From Lachnospiraceae bacterium (GTDB lineage Bacteria; Bacillota; Clostridia; Lachnospirales; Lachnospiraceae), in assembly GCA_022793375.1 (NCBI GenBank), contig JAAWCS010000040.1, positions 1,157 to 65,156 of the forward strand: 64,000 nucleotides of DNA. The letters run 5' to 3'. A program made the position numbers and the translations under genes. The notes beneath the pieces are model-generated. The model saw nothing but the letters and a program-made list of their open reading frames with translations. It was not told the origin of the DNA and did no database searches. Shown here piece by piece: positions 61,937 to 64,000 of the stretch. The first letter of the stretch is position 1, and every line of letters begins with the position of its first letter.

Positions 61937-64000
61937 ATGACGGGGGAGCAGGTTCTGGCCCATCTGCATGTAAATAAGGAGACGGGGCTTTCCTCCCGGG
62001 AGGCGCAGGGGCGGCTTTTGCAGGCCGGCGAAAACCGCTTGCAGGAAAAGCCCCACACCTCCTTGTTTATTAAGTTTCTGGAACAGTGGAAAGATTTTAT
62101 GATTTTGACCTTGATCGGGGCGGCAGTGATCTCGACTGTGGTCTCTTTTTTGAATGGAGACCGGGATCTGACCGACCCGATCATTATTTTTGTCATTATC
62201 ACGGTGAACGCCGTGCTGGGCGTTGTGCAGGAGACGCGGGCGGAAAAGTCTCTGGACGCGCTGAAAAAACTTTCGGCCCCCTCGGCGTCCGTGCTGCGGG
62301 ACGGCCGCCGGCAAAACCTGGACGCGGCCTTTGTCGTGCCGGGCGACATCGTTTTTTTGGAAGCCGGCTGTTTTGTCCCGGCGGACGGCCGCCTGCTGGA
62401 GGCGGTGAACCTGAAAATGGAGGAATCGGCGCTGACCGGAGAGTCAGTACCGGTGGAGAAACGCACGGCGGCCCTGCGCGGCGGCAATACGCCGCTGTCG
62501 GAACGAAGCAACCTGGCGCTTTCGACAACCATTGTTACCAGCGGACGGGGCCTGATGGTGGCAACGGAGACCGGCATGAATACGGAAGTCGGCCACATTG
62601 CGACGATGATTTTAAACGACGGGGGAAAGGATACGCCGCTGCAGAAGCGTCTGGCGCAGACCAGCAAGATTTTGGGACTGTTGTCGTTAGGAATCTGCGT
62701 GGTGATGTTCTTTGTGGGTTTGTGGAAAAAACAGCCGCTGTTTGAGATGTTTATGACATCGGTGAGCCTGGCGGTGGCGGCGATCCCGGAGGGGCTGCCG
62801 GCAATCGTGACGATCATGCTGTCGTTGGGCGTGCAGCGAATGGTCAAGAAAAACGCCGTTGTGCGCAAATTGCCGGCAGTGGAAACGCTGGGCAGCGCGA
62901 CGGTCATCTGTTCGGATAAGACAGGGACGCTGACCCAGAATCGCATGACGGTGACCCAGCTTGCCTCGGCAAGGGGCCGTGAACCGGCGGACGGAAGTTT
63001 TGCCCGGCAGCTTTTGACCTGCGCGGCTTTGTGCAACGATACGACTCTGCGGCGGGACCGCAAAAAGAGCGTGCTTTTGGGCGAGCCGACCGAGAAAGCG
63101 CTGGTGGCAGCCGCCTTGTCGCTGGGGCTTTACAAAGATGAACTGGAGCGCAAGTATCCAAGGATTCGTGAGATTCCCTTTGACTCAACGACCAAACGGA
63201 TGACAACCGTACATCGTCTGCCGGAGGGCACGGCGCGGATCGTGAAGGGGGCGCCGGATATCCTGGCAGGGCTGTGCGGCCGTGTGTGGCAGGGCGGCCG
63301 CACGGAAGCGATGAGCGAGAGCACGCGCCGCCGGATCCTTAAAGAGAACGAGGATATGGCAAAGGAGGGCCTGCGGGTCATTGCCGTGGGTGCGGTGCGC
63401 GAAGGCGGCGCAGGAGGGGCCAGAAACGCAGGACAGAACGGCGGCGATGGGAGCAGACGGCGAAACGGGGCGGAGCAGGAGCTTGCGTTTATCGGCCTGA
63501 TCGGTATGATGGACCCGCCGCGTCCGGAGGTATACGAGGCGGTACATACCTGCAAAAGCGCGGGCATCCGGCCGGTGATGATTACCGGCGACCATCCGGC
63601 GACCGCGGCGGCGATCGCTAGACAGCTGGGCATTCTGGAACCCGGACGGGAGACGGGCGGCGGCCGGACGGGCGGAAGGGGAATCGTATTGCAGGCGGCT
63701 TCGCTGCGGGCGGGGAAACAAGGCCTGGCTGCGCCGGGGCGGCTGCATCCGGCCGGCGCCGGCCGCGCGCCGGCGGTGCTGACCGGGCCGCAGCTGGAGG
63801 CGATGAGCCAGGAGGAACTGGTGCGCACGGCCCCGGCGGTTTCGGTGTACGCGCGGGTGTCGCCGGAACATAAAGTGCGCATTGTCAAAGCACTGCAGAC
63901 ATCGGGCCAGGTGGTGGCGATGACCGGAGACGGAGTAAACGACGCGCCGGCGCTGAAAGCCGCGGATATCGGCTGCGCGATGGGACGGGGCGGAACCGAC
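61937..64000 (+). CDS. P-type (E1-E2) cation-transporting ATPase, Ca2+/PMCA-SERCA-like; 3' end lies outside the window
   Basis: My own translation from the ATG at 61937 gives '[28 protein letters not shown]...'. '[14 protein letters not shown]' (Asp codon at 62915), '[10 protein letters not shown]' and '[13 protein letters not shown]' are all in frame. It is absent from the ORF track, presumably because no stop codon lies within the window. Confidence 0.9.
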   Translation, partial: MTGEQVLAHLHVNKETGLSSREAQGRLLQAGENRLQEKPHTSLFIKFLEQWKDFMILTLIGAAVISTVVSFLNGDRDLTDPIIIFVIITVNAVLGVVQETRAEKSLDALKKLSAPSASVLRDGRRQNLDAAFVVPGDIVFLEAGCFVPADGRLLEAVNLKMEESALTGESVPVEKRTAALRGGNTPLSERSNLALSTTIVTSGRGLMVATETGMNTEVGHIATMILNDGGKDTPLQKRLAQTSKILGLLSLGICVVMFFVGLWKKQPLFEMFMTSVSLAVAAIPEGLPAIVTIMLSLGVQRMVKKNAVVRKLPAVETLGSATVICSDKTGTLTQNRMTVTQLASARGREPADGSFARQLLTCAALCNDTTLRRDRKKSVLLGEPTEKALVAAALSLGLYKDELERKYPRIREIPFDSTTKRMTTVHRLPEGTARIVKGAPDILAGLCGRVWQGGRTEAMSESTRRRILKENEDMAKEGLRVIAVGAVREGGAGGARNAGQNGGDGSRRRNGAEQELAFIGLIGMMDPPRPEVYEAVHTCKSAGIRPVMITGDHPATAAAIARQLGILEPGRETGGGRTGGRGIVLQAASLRAGKQGLAAPGRLHPAGAGRAPAVLTGPQLEAMSQEELVRTAPAVSVYARVSPEHKVRIVKALQTSGQVVAMTGDGVNDAPALKAADIGCAMGRGGTD

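Noticed and set aside
62086-62745. A 219-aa plus-strand ORF from the supplied track, lying inside the last 2 kb of the window.
   Set aside because: It is out of frame with, and wholly contained in, the P-type ATPase gene (61937 to the window end). The DKTGT, TGDH and GDGVNDAP motifs of that gene are all in a different frame.
1-64000. Prophage, IS/transposon, integrative element, toxin-antitoxin or known anti-phage defence islands.
   Set aside because: I found no integrase, transposase, recombinase, terminase, capsid, restriction-modification, Cas, or typical defence ATPase/nuclease signatures among the translated ORFs. The only compositional islet (59337-60433) carries a single immunity-like gene.

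Overview
This is a high-GC chromosomal segment (roughly 55-60% by eye). AGGAGG-type ribosome binding sites, tightly packed and often overlapping operons, and the gene content (NfnAB-like oxidoreductase, glycyl radical enzyme, YqeG, PTS systems) suggest an anaerobic Firmicutes/Clostridia genome. I found no rRNA, tRNA, CRISPR array, IS element, integrase or prophage genes.

Gene content, left to right:
- A 5'-truncated S41 peptidase and a three-gene Tat translocase (TatB-like, TatA, TatC).
- A galactitol-family PTS (IIA, IIB, IIC) with an aldolase/adducin-fold gene and a COG2509-like flavoprotein.
- TetR with an ABC-2 exporter, and MarR with a MATE exporter.
- A nucleoside cluster: a divergent ThyX-like gene, a BMP-type nucleoside ABC importer interrupted by a YjjI-type glycyl radical enzyme and its YjjW-type activase, then cdd and pdp.
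- A PRD-regulated fructose-family PTS with a GH38 alpha-mannosidase. This locus looks decayed: the hydrolase is frameshifted and the EIIC is short.
- A C26 amidotransferase, then LacI, DUF1801, a nucleoside hydrolase and a tandem double nucleoside 2-deoxyribosyltransferase (NDT) fusion.
- A GntR-flanked sugar ABC locus carrying a Cof phosphatase, a TIM-barrel isomerase, a SIS protein, YjbQ and an ADP-ribosylglycohydrolase.
- Housekeeping genes: nrdR, yqeG-like, efp, argS, a metY-like gene, an aminotransferase and NfnAB/GltA-like genes.
- A cupin, an MCP, a DUF4474 plus metallophosphoesterase pair, rlmH, a low-GC islet with an immunity-protein-like gene, a second MATE, and a 3'-truncated P-type ATPase that is missing from the supplied ORF track.

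The best candidate for undescribed biology is the orphan-function YjjI/YjjW radical enzyme pair, which sits inside a nucleoside uptake and salvage operon. Other points of interest:
- A degenerate ThyX paralog.
- A fused double NDT next to a nucleoside hydrolase.
- A kinase-less ARH/SIS/TIM-barrel ABC locus.
- A ~90-nt hairpin repeat family found just after stop codons.
- A 151-nt rod-like structured element followed by a C-poor G-tract region.

All protein family calls come from motif recognition by eye and need HMM or BLAST confirmation.
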